DNA of 64,000 nt from Spirochaetaceae bacterium (GCA_965226485.1 OZ245363.1:2170817-2234816); one strand, 5' to 3'; positions 31,858 to 41,091 are shown, counted from the first letter of the stretch. Translations and numbers: made by a program. The notes: a model not told the origin generated them from the letters alone.

Positions 31858-31876
31858 AACTATAAGAAACAAACAA

Positions 31877-32167
31877 GTGACAGAATTAGAACTGATAATT
31901 GACTTGCATAAAAATTCCGAGAAACAAAAGCCAGGTAGCGAAAATGATACGCTAAGAGCACCTGATTTATTGAATCTGCCGACTGACCAAAATTTGAAAG
32001 TGTCCGACATGGGTTGTGGTTCAGGTGGGCAGACGATTTCACTTGCCAAAAATTTGAACGGAAAAATCACGGCAGTTGACTTGTTTCCAGAGTTTTTAAA
32101 TGAAATCAATGAAAAATCACAGAAATTAGGATTGCAGATAAAATCGTTACGCTTGAAAAATCAATGA
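31877..32167 (+). pseudogene. Truncated copy of the class I SAM methyltransferase cassette
   Basis: Near-identical to 33478 onward (DMGCGSGG motif), frameshifted and cut at ~32170. Confidence 0.85.
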
Positions 32168-32224
32168 ATGAATAATCAAGATATCTGCCCGCTTTTTTTC
32201 ATGAAACTCATAGCCTCTACTGTC

Positions 32225-32378
32225 GCAAGCTACCCTGTGTATTCCTGTGACCTCATTGGCTAATTTGCCAACCAGTATTTGCCTGAGGGTAGTTATTCAT
32301 CCAGTCCTGTATTTCCCTGATTTTCTTCTTGCTGTAGCACCCTATATCGCAACCTTTGGGAATGGCTATACGTAATTT
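32225..32378 (-). pseudogene. IS30-family transposase C-terminal remnant
   Basis: Minus strand IPKGCDIGCYSKKKIREIQDWMNNYP matches the IS30 PKG...W.N..PR tail. Confidence 0.65.
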
Positions 32379-32419
32379 CTAAATCCTGCCTACTTCTGAA
32401 AATCCTCGCGGATTTTTAG

Positions 32420-32486
32420 TTTGGTGTGTACTTGCAAAGCTGAGTGCTAAACCACGCAACTACTTATAGCCGAGATCGTTTGCAAC
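32420..32486 (+). repeat. attC-like right arm
   Basis: CGCAACTACTTATAGCCGAGATC-GTTTGCAAC, similar to the right arm at 34341-34371. Confidence 0.6.
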
Positions 32487-32565
32487 ATAGTTGACCGTAC
32501 AAAGTGCAAGATAAAAATTTGAAAATATTGATTAATTTGTATCTTTCGGACTAAAATAATCTAAT

Positions 32566-32778
32566 ATGAGAACCAACGAGACAATAAAGGAGATTCAAAG
32601 ATTACCCATCCAAAAACGGATTCATGTGATTGAAAAAGCTATTCATTCGATTAGTAAACAAGAAGATGTAAACCAGATGGAAAGGGTAGCCGAAGCTTTA
32701 TATGCTGATTACAAATCCGATAAAGAATTGACTGCATTTACAAGCCTTGATTTTGAAGACTTTTATGAAGCAAGGTGA
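32566..32778 (+). CDS. Putative type II antitoxin
   Basis: 70 aa with acidic C-terminus (LTAFTSLDFEDFYE), overlapping the start of a PemK-like toxin. Confidence 0.65.
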   Translation: MRTNETIKEIQRLPIQKRIHVIEKAIHSISKQEDVNQMERVAEALYADYKSDKELTAFTSLDFEDFYEAR

Positions 32779-33110
32779 AGTTTGGCTAATAAATCTTGAT
32801 TCTACAATTGGAGCTGATATTATAAAACAAGACCTACAATAATTGTAAATGATGACTCGTTGGGTAAATTGCCTTTAAAGATCATTGTTCCGATTACGGA
32901 TTGGAAAGACAAACATGAAATTGCCCCATGGATGGTAAAAATAGAGTTATATTCGAAAAATAGGCTGACTAAAATCTCTTCTGCCGATTATTTTCAAGTT
33001 CGTTCTGTGTTACAAGAAAGATTTGTAAAAAACTGGGCAATATTTAAATGATAATAATGGATGAGATAAAGATCGGTTTATCGAGATTTTTGTCGATTAA
33101 AAATGAATAA
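32765..33110 (+). pseudogene. mazF: PemK/MazF toxin, two frameshifts
   Basis: MKQGEVWLINLDSTIGA / IIVNDDSLGKLPLKIIVPITDW...QVRSV..ERF in different frames. Confidence 0.8.
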
Positions 33111-33118
33111 ACTACGTT

Positions 33119-33251
33119 GCAGAACATGATATAGTTAATTGGCGGGCCGGTAGTATGCAAAAGTTATATACTTTTTATGTAAAGCAAATTGTAACTTGAC
33201 ACGGAAGTACTTTGAAATCGCCACCTAACCATAGGCCCATTCGTTGAGAGT
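33119..33251 (+). repeat. attC-like site
   Basis: GCAGAAC-ATGATATAGTTAATTGGCG ... CGCCACCTAACCATAGG..TTC-GTTGAGA after the toxin stop. Confidence 0.6.
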
Positions 33252-33262
33252 ATAAAAAAACT

Positions 33263-33458
33263 TTATAACAAACCGTTGCACATGACATCTTCCCGCTTTA
33301 CTCGACAATGCAGCTAAACTCAGCGATATACAGAGAACTGCAATTGATGATTTTCTTGAGTAAAAGAAGCAAAAATGGTAAAAGAAAAATATAACAGTGG
33401 TTCTTATCCCTCCAATTCAGATGTATAAGAACAATAACTATACACAGCTGTTGAGTAC
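33263..33458 (+). repeat. 196-bp ORF-less attC-like unit, copy 2
   Basis: Co-linear with 31177-31372 and the same length. Confidence 0.75.
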
Positions 33459-33477
33459 AACTATAAGAAACGAACAA

Positions 33478-34260
33478 GTGACAGAATTAGAACTAATAAT
33501 TGACTTGCATAAAAATTCCGAGAGACAAGGACCAGGCAGCGAAAATGATACGCTAAGAGCACTTGATTTATTGAATCTGCCGACTGACCAAAATTTGAAA
33601 GTGGCCGACATTGGTTGTGGTTCAGGTGGGCAGACGATTTCACTCGCCAAAAATTTGAACGGACAAATCACGGCAGTTGACTTGTTTCCAGAGTTTTTAA
33701 ATGACCTGAATGAAAAATCACAAAAGTTAGGATTTGCAGATAAAATTGTTACGCTTGAAAGATCAATGGACGACTTACCGTTCAAAAAGAATGAATTTGA
33801 CCTAATATGGTCAGAAGGTGCGATTTATAACATTGGGTTTGAAAACGGACTAAAAAAATGGAAGGACTACTTGAAAGTCGGCGGCTATTTGGCTGTGAGT
33901 GAAATCACTTGGATAACCCAATCTCGACCAAAGGAAATTGAAGAGTTTTGGAAAGCGGAATATCCTGAAATTGATACTGCTTCTAACAAAATTGGGCAAT
34001 TAGAAAATAATGGCTATTCGACTGTAGGATATTTCTATTTAAGTCAAGACAGTTGGATTGAGACCTATTATAAGCCAATGCAATCAAGGTTTAAGACTTT
34101 TCTGAAACGCAACGACAATTCAGAACTTGCAAGAAAGGTAGTTGAAGATAATCAAGCGGAAATCGAATTGTATCAAAAATTCAAAAATTATTATAGTTAT
34201 GGATTTTACATAGCGAGAAAAAATGAACAAAAGGTAGCACACAACAATGGCTGTACGTAA
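33478..34260 (+). CDS. Class I SAM-dependent methyltransferase (cassette)
   Basis: GTG start; VADIGCGSGG, FDLIWSEGAIY; stop lies inside the following attC. Confidence 0.9.
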   Translation: MTELELIIDLHKNSERQGPGSENDTLRALDLLNLPTDQNLKVADIGCGSGGQTISLAKNLNGQITAVDLFPEFLNDLNEKSQKLGFADKIVTLERSMDDLPFKKNEFDLIWSEGAIYNIGFENGLKKWKDYLKVGGYLAVSEITWITQSRPKEIEEFWKAEYPEIDTASNKIGQLENNGYSTVGYFYLSQDSWIETYYKPMQSRFKTFLKRNDNSELARKVVEDNQAEIELYQKFKNYYSYGFYIARKNEQKVAHNNGCT

Positions 34261-34371
34261 TGCAAGCGAAAGTGCTGATATGAAAGCAATTACATTAAAT
34301 AAACTAACAACTAAACGGAGGGTGAAATGCCTTGAAAGCCCGCACTACGCATGGCCGAGCCCGTTGCACAA
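34237..34371 (+). repeat. attC-like site
   Basis: GCACACAAC-AATGGCTGTACGTAATGC ... GCACTACGCATGGCCGAGCCC-GTTGCAAC. Confidence 0.7.
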
Positions 34372-34415
34372 CATTGTGCCGATAACGAAAACAAGAATTT
34401 TAAAAGTAATTCAAA

Positions 34416-34976
34416 ATGATATATATAATTAGCGGAACATCAAGGTCTGGAAAAACTCTGGCTGCTAAGAAAATGATGGAGCAGTCTGAAATTCCATATT
34501 TATCACTTGACTGGTTGATAATGGGATTTACAAACGGTATTCCTGAATATGGTATTCATGACAAATTATGGCCTAATGAAATTGCTGAAAGATTTTGGGA
34601 TTTCTTTAAAGCTATGCTTGAAAATATGATATGGTCAGAAACTGATTATATCATTGAGGGTGAGGCTGTACTCCCTGAACTTATATATGAATTATTAAAA
34701 AAGCATCCAGATAGGATTAAAGTGTGTTTCGTTGGCTATACGAATGTGAATATAAGTGAAAAGGTTGAGGATGTTTATCATTATAGTAAAGGGAGACATG
34801 ATTGGTTAACTAGCAAATCGAAAGACTATATCGAAAGGCATATAAGCAACATGATTGAATATAGTAAAAAGATAAAAAAATCTTGCAAAAAGTATGGTAT
34901 TAGATATTTTGATAATTCCAGAAAATTCACACAAGTCTTAGATGATGCAATAGAATATTTGATTAAAAAGGAATAG
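34416..34976 (+). CDS. P-loop NTPase / small-molecule kinase-like protein (cassette)
   Basis: N-terminal Walker A GTSRSGKT, IIEGEAVLP. Confidence 0.8.
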   Translation: MIYIISGTSRSGKTLAAKKMMEQSEIPYLSLDWLIMGFTNGIPEYGIHDKLWPNEIAERFWDFFKAMLENMIWSETDYIIEGEAVLPELIYELLKKHPDRIKVCFVGYTNVNISEKVEDVYHYSKGRHDWLTSKSKDYIERHISNMIEYSKKIKKSCKKYGIRYFDNSRKFTQVLDDAIEYLIKKE

Positions 34977-35106
34977 CAATGCGTAAAAAAGTAGCATCTA
35001 GCCACTTCAATGACTTTTTCAGCAAGCCCTACATTTTCCAGGGAATATGAAATTTATACTATTCTAAAAATGGCAGTTGAACTTTTTTTTTTTAGCGGGG
35101 AGCAGT

Positions 35107-35331
35107 GGGCACGCCCTGAAACCCATGCCCCGAAGCGTAATGCATCTTACGCCGGGCACGCCCAGAAATGCATAACCCGAAGCGTGATGCATCTCACGCC
35201 GGGCACGCCCAGTAATGCATCCCCCGATGCGAAATGAATCCCACGCCGGGCACGCCCTGAAACGCATCCCCCGAAGCGGAATGCATCTTACGCCGGGCAT
35301 GCCCAGAAACCCATCCCCCGAAGCGAAATGC
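35107..35331. repeat. Array B1: ~5 units of the 47-bp repeat
   Basis: Unit CGGGCACGCCCAGAAACGCATGCCCCGAAGCGGAATGCATCCCCCGC with variants. Confidence 0.9.
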
Positions 35332-35931
35332 TGTAATCTCGCAAAATATCCTAACCAATCTCCCCATGAATATCTCACACTCAGTTAACTAATTTTTCAC
35401 AACAGATAATCTAATTCTCAATCTCTCCGAACATAAAAAAAGGAGCAGGGCCCACGCAAATGCACACCTACTCCAATCTCAATCCCTCCCCAAAGGGAGG
35501 AACAATCTTGATACTTATTTGTCGGATAGATTTAGAAGAACTTAAAGACTCTGGAAAGGAATTTCCCTGGATCAACCCAGATAGCTGTCCTTGCTGTGGC
35601 GGATGTCGGCTCTGGGGCCATGGATTTGTCCTGAGATATTTCCATGGCTACACCGCAGGGTTATGGCTGAAACGGTACCGTTGTCCCGACTGCCATACTG
35701 TTCATACCTTACGTCCTGAAAAATATTCACTAGGTTTTCAGTATCCCTGGAAATGTCCAGGGTAATCACAATTCCCCATGGATAAGCCAGCCAGGGTAAT
35801 TAAGATTCCCCATACGATACAGCTGAGGGTAATCAAGATTCCCCATAAATCGGCCTCTAGGGTAATCACAATTCCCCACTCCCTTCCGTAGATCATTTAC
35901 AATACTCCTGCAACAAAACGCAGGAGTACAT

Positions 35932-37491
35932 ATGGGATACAGAAGGATGAATATTATCGATTTAAAATGCATTTACAGAAGACTACAGTCGGATCAAAGC
36001 ATAAAGACTATCAGCGAATCCGAAGGTTATGACCGAAAAACAATCAGGCATTATCGAGATGCCATGAAATCCTCCGGTCTGCTTGAATCACCTGATCCAT
36101 CGGAAGAGATCTTGGCGGAAAAGCTCTTTGAACTGCTTCCGAACAACGAACGAAGCAGCCCGATACACGATGAATTCCATCAGCACAAAGATGAGATCAT
36201 CCGGCTCACCACAAGGGAACAGGAGCCTATGAAGCTGAAGAGTGCGTTCATCGTCATCAAGCAAAAGTATGGTCTGGGGGGCAGTTACGAGAGCTTCAAA
36301 GTCTTCTCCCGCAAACATCATTTGACGGTTCCCGGGAAAAAGCAGTTCCCGCGACTGGAGTTGCCGCCGGGAGAGGAGACACAGATAGATTATGGTCGAG
36401 TCGGTTTGCATGAAGAGCCGGGAACAGGTAAGAACCGTGTCATCAATGCCTTCGCAGCCAAGCTTTCCTCCTCCAGGCTACCATTCATAGAGTTTACCTA
36501 TTTTCAGAACCAGGAATCCTTTGTCGGGAGCAATGACAATATGGTTCGTTTTTTTGGCGGAGTCACCGAATACCTGACCATTGACAACCTCAAGTCCGGT
36601 GTGATTAGAGCCGACATATACGATCCTCAGATCAACAAGGCATATGCGGAATGGGCGGAGCATCACGGTACTTTTATCAATCCCTGTATCAAGGCACACG
36701 CCAAAGGGAAGGCCAAGGTCGAAAGGATGATTCCTGAAGCCCGAGAGCTTTTTCGACGATTGAAAGAGCTTCATCCCTCCGCAACTCTCAAAGAGCTCAA
36801 TGAAGAGGCAAAGAAGTGGTGTCTGAATGAGTACGGACAGAAAAAGCATGGGACCACTGGCATCCCGCCTTATGAGGCTTTTATCGATGAAGAGAAGCCT
36901 AAGCTAAAACCTATAAATCCTATTCGCTTTGAGATCCCGGTCTGGAAATCTGCAAACGTCCATATGGATCAGTTTGTCAGTTTTGAGAAAAAGCGCTTTT
37001 CCATGCCCTTGTCCTATCGCAGAAAGATCGTGCACTGCCGACGGGCTGGCAGTCTGGTGAAGATCTATGATGAGAATTATCTCTTTATCAGGCAATACGT
37101 TACTACATCCAGGAAAGTGTACTGTACCGACGGTGATTTCCCGCCGGATCAACGTGCGATGATCAAAGGCGATTACCCGCAGTTTCTGATCGGACGGGCA
37201 GCGGCCTACGGATCTGGATCGAAACAACTTGTGGAACAGATCCTGCGGTCTCATGCATTTATAAACGCCCGTATCGCCAAGGGAATGATCACACTCTTCG
37301 AGCAGTACAAGGACCTGCCGTTGCTGCAAGATGTGTGTAGCAAGGCGGCGACCTTCAAGGTGCGCCAACCGAAGCACTTGAAGATCATGCTGGAAGATGA
37401 AAAGAAACAGAAACACCTGGTATTTGAAGTCCCTCGCTCAACGGCGGGTGAAGCCATGGTCAGAGATATTCGAGAATACATGAGCAATTAA
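35932..37491 (+). CDS. istA: IS21 transposase IstA
   Basis: GEETQIDYG, TIDNLKSGV, KGKAKVER DDE motifs. Confidence 0.95.
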   Translation: MGYRRMNIIDLKCIYRRLQSDQSIKTISESEGYDRKTIRHYRDAMKSSGLLESPDPSEEILAEKLFELLPNNERSSPIHDEFHQHKDEIIRLTTREQEPMKLKSAFIVIKQKYGLGGSYESFKVFSRKHHLTVPGKKQFPRLELPPGEETQIDYGRVGLHEEPGTGKNRVINAFAAKLSSSRLPFIEFTYFQNQESFVGSNDNMVRFFGGVTEYLTIDNLKSGVIRADIYDPQINKAYAEWAEHHGTFINPCIKAHAKGKAKVERMIPEARELFRRLKELHPSATLKELNEEAKKWCLNEYGQKKHGTTGIPPYEAFIDEEKPKLKPINPIRFEIPVWKSANVHMDQFVSFEKKRFSMPLSYRRKIVHCRRAGSLVKIYDENYLFIRQYVTTSRKVYCTDGDFPPDQRAMIKGDYPQFLIGRAAAYGSGSKQLVEQILRSHAFINARIAKGMITLFEQYKDLPLLQDVCSKAATFKVRQPKHLKIMLEDEKKQKHLVFEVPRSTAGEAMVRDIREYMSN

Positions 37492-37507
37492 CAAGAAGGA
37501 GAAAACT

Positions 37508-38275
37508 GTGAAAGAAATGCAAACACTTGAGGCCAATCTTCGTCGGTTGAGAATGCCGGGGATACTGGAGAACCTCGATCTACGGCTCCGGGAAGCTGAA
37601 GATGGCGGACTCGGTTATCTGGATTTTTTGATTCTGCTGATTCAAGATGAGGTTGTAAATCGCGATTCCAACATCCTGAGCAAACGTCTGAAAGTCGGAA
37701 GCTTGAGTCCCAGAATGACTTTTGAGAACTTTAACTACCGGTTCAATATGGCAACCATTCCGCAGCAGACCATCCGGGATCTGGCGACTTGCCGCTTTAT
37801 CAGGGACCATAGAAGTCTGGTTCTGTGCGGCCCTCCCGGAATTGGTAAGACCCACATAGCACAGGCCATCGGTCATGAGGTGTGCCGCCGGGGAGGAGAT
37901 GCCCTATTCGTCAAAACCCAGAAACTTTTAGAGTGTCTGACAGACGACTCCTACCCGAGGAGAGTGGCCCGGTTATGGAAGCAGATCAAGACAATGGACT
38001 TGCTGGTTCTCGATGATTTTGGTTTTCGACGTTATGACTCGAAAGAATCCGAGTTGCTTTATGCGCTGGCAGACGAACGTTTGGGAAGTGGTTCGACCAT
38101 CATCACATCCAACCGTCCGCCGCAAGACTGGTACGGTGTCTTTCCCGATCCGGTCATCGGCGGGGCGGTGCTGGATAGACTGGTTTCCGGTGCTATTAAG
38201 ATCATTGTCGAGGAAGCTAAGTCTTACAGGATGCATGGAGTATTCGGTGAGGGGACAGAGGGAAAAGGCTCTTGA
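37508..38275 (+). CDS. istB: IS21 helper ATPase IstB
   Basis: GPPGIGKTH, LLVLDDFG, ITSNR, AVLDRL. Confidence 0.95.
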   Translation: MKEMQTLEANLRRLRMPGILENLDLRLREAEDGGLGYLDFLILLIQDEVVNRDSNILSKRLKVGSLSPRMTFENFNYRFNMATIPQQTIRDLATCRFIRDHRSLVLCGPPGIGKTHIAQAIGHEVCRRGGDALFVKTQKLLECLTDDSYPRRVARLWKQIKTMDLLVLDDFGFRRYDSKESELLYALADERLGSGSTIITSNRPPQDWYGVFPDPVIGGAVLDRLVSGAIKIIVEEAKSYRMHGVFGEGTEGKGS

Positions 38276-38510
38276 CTTATTATAAAATCGGTTCTACGAT
38301 TTGACTACCGGAAGGGGGTGGGAATTTAAATTACCCTGGGTGGGGAATATGATTACCCTCGACACTGGAAAGAAATCCAATCTTCATTAGAACACAAGCT
38401 CAAGGGTCTCACATTCCGAATAGAGCTATCCCAGCAGTGCCAGCAGTATTGGATGAAAGCACTTCTGTTCCAACGAAAACAAGTTTCTAATTGGCCGGGG
38501 CTATGGTAGG

Positions 38511-38714
38511 ATGTTTGAAGCTCCCATTGGGCTGATCGGGATGAATGTCACTCTTCGTTATGAAAATTACGATCACATTGAGGTTTTCCTGGATGATGAA
38601 CCCAGGGGATATCTTTCCCTTCTCAACGAGCATAGCAATAGTAAAATTCAAAGAGCAACTCACTTTGAAAAGCAAAAAGGGTCTCTCTTTGAGAAGGCTG
38701 CGGGGGATGAATAA
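38511..38714 (+). pseudogene. C-terminal remnant of a Mu-like/DDE transposase (catalytic core deleted)
   Basis: FEAPIGLIGMNVTLRYENYDHIEVF resembles the Mu-transposase C-terminal beta domain; overlaps the ExeA start. Confidence 0.55.
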
Positions 38715-39385
38715 TGGAAAACCTCAGACACTTCTTTGGCTTGAAAAAAGATCCCTTTTCCCAGAATGTTGCGGTTCGGGATTTATACCCTCTGCCAGCA
38801 TTGGACCCCCTGAAACAGAGAGTCAGCTTTGCAGTACAACAAAAGGCTATCACTGTAATTACCGGTGATGTGGGAGCAGGGAAATCCACATGATCATTGA
38901 TGAGGCTCACCTGTTTAAACACAATGTTTTTGCTCAGCTACACACCCTGTTGCAGTTTGACTATGATTCCAAACCGGTTATGCCAAGTTTAGTCGCCCCC
39001 CGTGCGGGGGCGTGGATTGTTGCAGTTTGAATATGATTCCAAACCGGTTATGCCAGTTATCCTATGTGGATAGGACGGATTGATGGACCATCTGATGACC
39101 AGTGTAGCTAGGCCTTTGGCATCACGGGTTTTAGGAAAGAATCATCTGGAATCAATTAAAAGAGAAGTCATGGAGAAATACTTGAATCATCATCTTGCTT
39201 TGGCTGGTTTAGAAAAACCGATATTTGCAGAAAATGCTGTTTATGCGATTCATCAGAAATCGGGTGGCATCCTACGAAGGGCTAATTCATTGGCAAAAGT
39301 AGCTATGCTTGCTACCGCCATGGAAAGGGAAGAGTCTGTTTCTGCTGAACATGTTCGAGTCGCTGCTACAGAGCTTACCCTGTAA
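38707..39385 (+). pseudogene. ExeA-family AAA+ ATPase, internally deleted and interrupted
   Basis: GDVGAGKST fused out of frame to IIDEAH at ~38890; internal stop; C-terminus SGGILRRANSL. Confidence 0.8.
38992..39019 (+). CRISPR. Single truncated type I-C-like CRISPR repeat (not an array)
   Basis: GTCGCCCCCCGTGCGGGGGCGTGGATTG equals the first 28 nt of the common I-C repeat that ends GAAAC; no cas genes or second repeat. Confidence 0.6.
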
Positions 39386-39388
39386 TAA

Positions 39389-39424
39389 CATAATCCGGAG
39401 GGAGGGCCGGATTATGTTCTTTTT
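39389..39424 (+). terminator. Rho-independent terminator
   Basis: Perfect 10-bp IR CATAATCCGG/CCGGATTATG followed by TTCTTTTT. Confidence 0.75.
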
Positions 39425-39486
39425 GAATTGAGAAATTGTCTAACTGATCGTGAAAGGGTTTGGGTGGAATAATTTGAGAAACTACA

Positions 39487-40452
39487 CCGGGTGCACCCAA
39501 AAACGCATGCCCCGAAGCGAAATGCCTCCCCCGCCGGGCACGCCCAGAAACGCATCCCCCGAAGCGGAATGCATCTTACGCCGGGCATGCCCAGAAACCC
39601 ATCCCCCGAAGCAAAATGCATCCCCCGGCGGGCACGCCCAGAAACGCATGCCCCGAAGCGAAAGGCCTCCCCCGCCGGGCACGCCCAGAAACGCATGCCT
39701 CGAAGTGAAATGCATCCCCCGGCGGGCACGCCCAGAAACGCATGCTTCGAAGCGGAATGCATCTCCCGCCGGGTGCGCCCAGAAATGCATGCTCCGAAGC
39801 GGAATGCATCTTACGCCGGGCATGCCCAGAAACGCATGCCCCGAAGCGAAATGCCTCCCCTGCCGGGCACGCCCTGAAACGCATGCCCCGATGCGAAATG
39901 AATCTCACGCCGGGCACGCCCTGAAACGCATCCCCCGAAGCGAGATGCATCTCACGCCGGGCACGCCCTGAAATGCATGCCCCGAAGCGAAAGGCCTCCC
40001 CCGCCGGGTGCACCCAAAAACGCATGCCCCGAAGCGGAATGCATCTTACGCCGGGCATGCCCTGAAACGCATGCCCCGAAGCGAAATGCCTCCCCCGCCG
40101 AGCACGCCCAGAAACCCATCCCCCGAAGCAAAATGCATCCCCCGCCGGGCACGCCCAGAAACGCATGCTTCGAAGCGAGATGCATCTCCCGGAGGGCACG
40201 CCCAGTAATGCATGATCCGAAGCGTGATGCATCTCACGCCGGGCACGCCCAGTAATGCATGATCCGAAGCGTGATGCATCTCACGCCGGGCACGCCCAGT
40301 AATGCATCCCCCGATGCGAAATGAATCCCACGCCGGGCATGCCCAGAAACCCATCCCCCGAAGTGAAATGCATCCCCCGGCGGGCGCGCCCAGAAATGCA
40401 TGCTTCGAAGCGAGATGTATCCCCCGCCGGGCACGCCCTGATACCCATGCCC
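39487..40452. repeat. Array B2: ~20 units of the 47-bp repeat
   Basis: Same unit as B1 and B3. Confidence 0.95.
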
Positions 40453-40454
40453 AC

Positions 40455-40555
40455 CGCAAACGCCCCAAACACCGGCTTTATGAAGTTGGCGGCTTTTTTT
40501 CGTAAGCGAAAAAGGTGATAGCTTTACAAAGTCCGCATGATTCGACTTGTTAGAA
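40455..40555 (-). repeat. Canonical integron attC site (~101 bp)
   Basis: Minus strand TTCTAAC-AAGTCGAATCATGCGGAC...GCCGGTGTTTGGGGC-GTTTGCG, overlapping the gene's TAA. Confidence 0.75.
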
Positions 40556-41053
40556 GCCCTTTTTCATTATGTTACGTATCCTGGCCTTTACAGATGGTGT
40601 TTCAGTTCTCATGGCCATTTCAAAAAGATTCTTCGCTTCTTCCTTGTATTCAGGGTATTGAAGAGAAATTTCGTAGAACCCATTATATGCCCACGCTCTG
40701 ACAAATTTTTTTGTATCTATAAGGCAATTTCGCAGAAACAATTCGACACAATTTTTCTCAGCCTCACCAATCGGCATATAACAAATGCTTTGAAGAATAT
40801 GTAGTTTTGCCTCCCAAGCATGAAAACTCAGAGAAATTTTGTATATAGCAGTCACCTCATCAATATTTAACTTGTGCTTATTTTCAAGATGATGCTTTAG
40901 AAGCCACGTAGCTCCTTTCTCAAATTCTTCATAGCGAGAGAGTTCGATAAGGGAAGCTACAAAATTAGCCTCCTCAGAGTAACGGTTATAAATGACACCT
41001 ATATCACTCGAAGATTTTCCATCCCAAATTTTTAATTCATGTTCAATGCTCAT
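40550..41053 (-). CDS. Hypothetical helical-repeat protein in a gene cassette
   Basis: 167-aa AT-rich ORF; GTTAGAA core site 13 nt before the ATG, attC after the stop. Confidence 0.75.
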   Translation of the reverse strand: MSIEHELKIWDGKSSSDIGVIYNRYSEEANFVASLIELSRYEEFEKGATWLLKHHLENKHKLNIDEVTAIYKISLSFHAWEAKLHILQSICYMPIGEAEKNCVELFLRNCLIDTKKFVRAWAYNGFYEISLQYPEYKEEAKNLFEMAMRTETPSVKARIRNIMKKGF

Positions 41054-41091
41054 ACTCTGATTTGGCTTCTAACTTTGGTTTATGGTAGAAC

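Larger units (their letters stand above)
29670..35005 (+). mobile_element. Integrase-less gene cassette array (CALIN-like)
   Basis: AT-rich co-oriented short genes, each preceded by GTT and followed by an AAC...GTT hairpin; no tyrosine recombinase in the window. Confidence 0.7.
35754..38364 (+). mobile_element. IS21-family element, intact, 7-bp target duplication CTGGAAA
   Basis: IRs TGTCCAGGGTAATCACAATTCCCCA / TGGGGAATATGATTACCCTCGACA; four left and two right subterminal repeats; CTGGAAA at 35747-35753 and 38365-38371. Confidence 0.95.
35508..38509 (+). pseudogene. DUF6431-like Zn-finger gene split by IS21 (35508-35753 + 38372-38509)
   Basis: CPCCGG...WGHGFVLRYF...LKRYRCPDC; the frame resumes EIQSSLEH...QQYWMKAL after the target duplication. 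Confidence 0.65.
35332..39486 (+). mobile_element. Defective DUF6431-transposase-ExeA-type transposon carrying a nested IS21
   Basis: TG...CA ends TGTAATCTCGCAAAA / revcomp TGTAGTTTCTCAAAT (11/15); three-gene layout; sits within the 47-bp array. Confidence 0.7.

Noticed and set aside
35759-35878. Four 20-bp repeats with 13-14-bp spacers (mini-CRISPR look)
   Set aside because: They are the subterminal transposase-binding repeats of IS21, mirrored at the right end
39450-40518. ORFs in arrays B1/B2/B3 as protein-coding genes
   Set aside because: Overlapping open frames on both strands are explained by a stop-poor 47-bp unit
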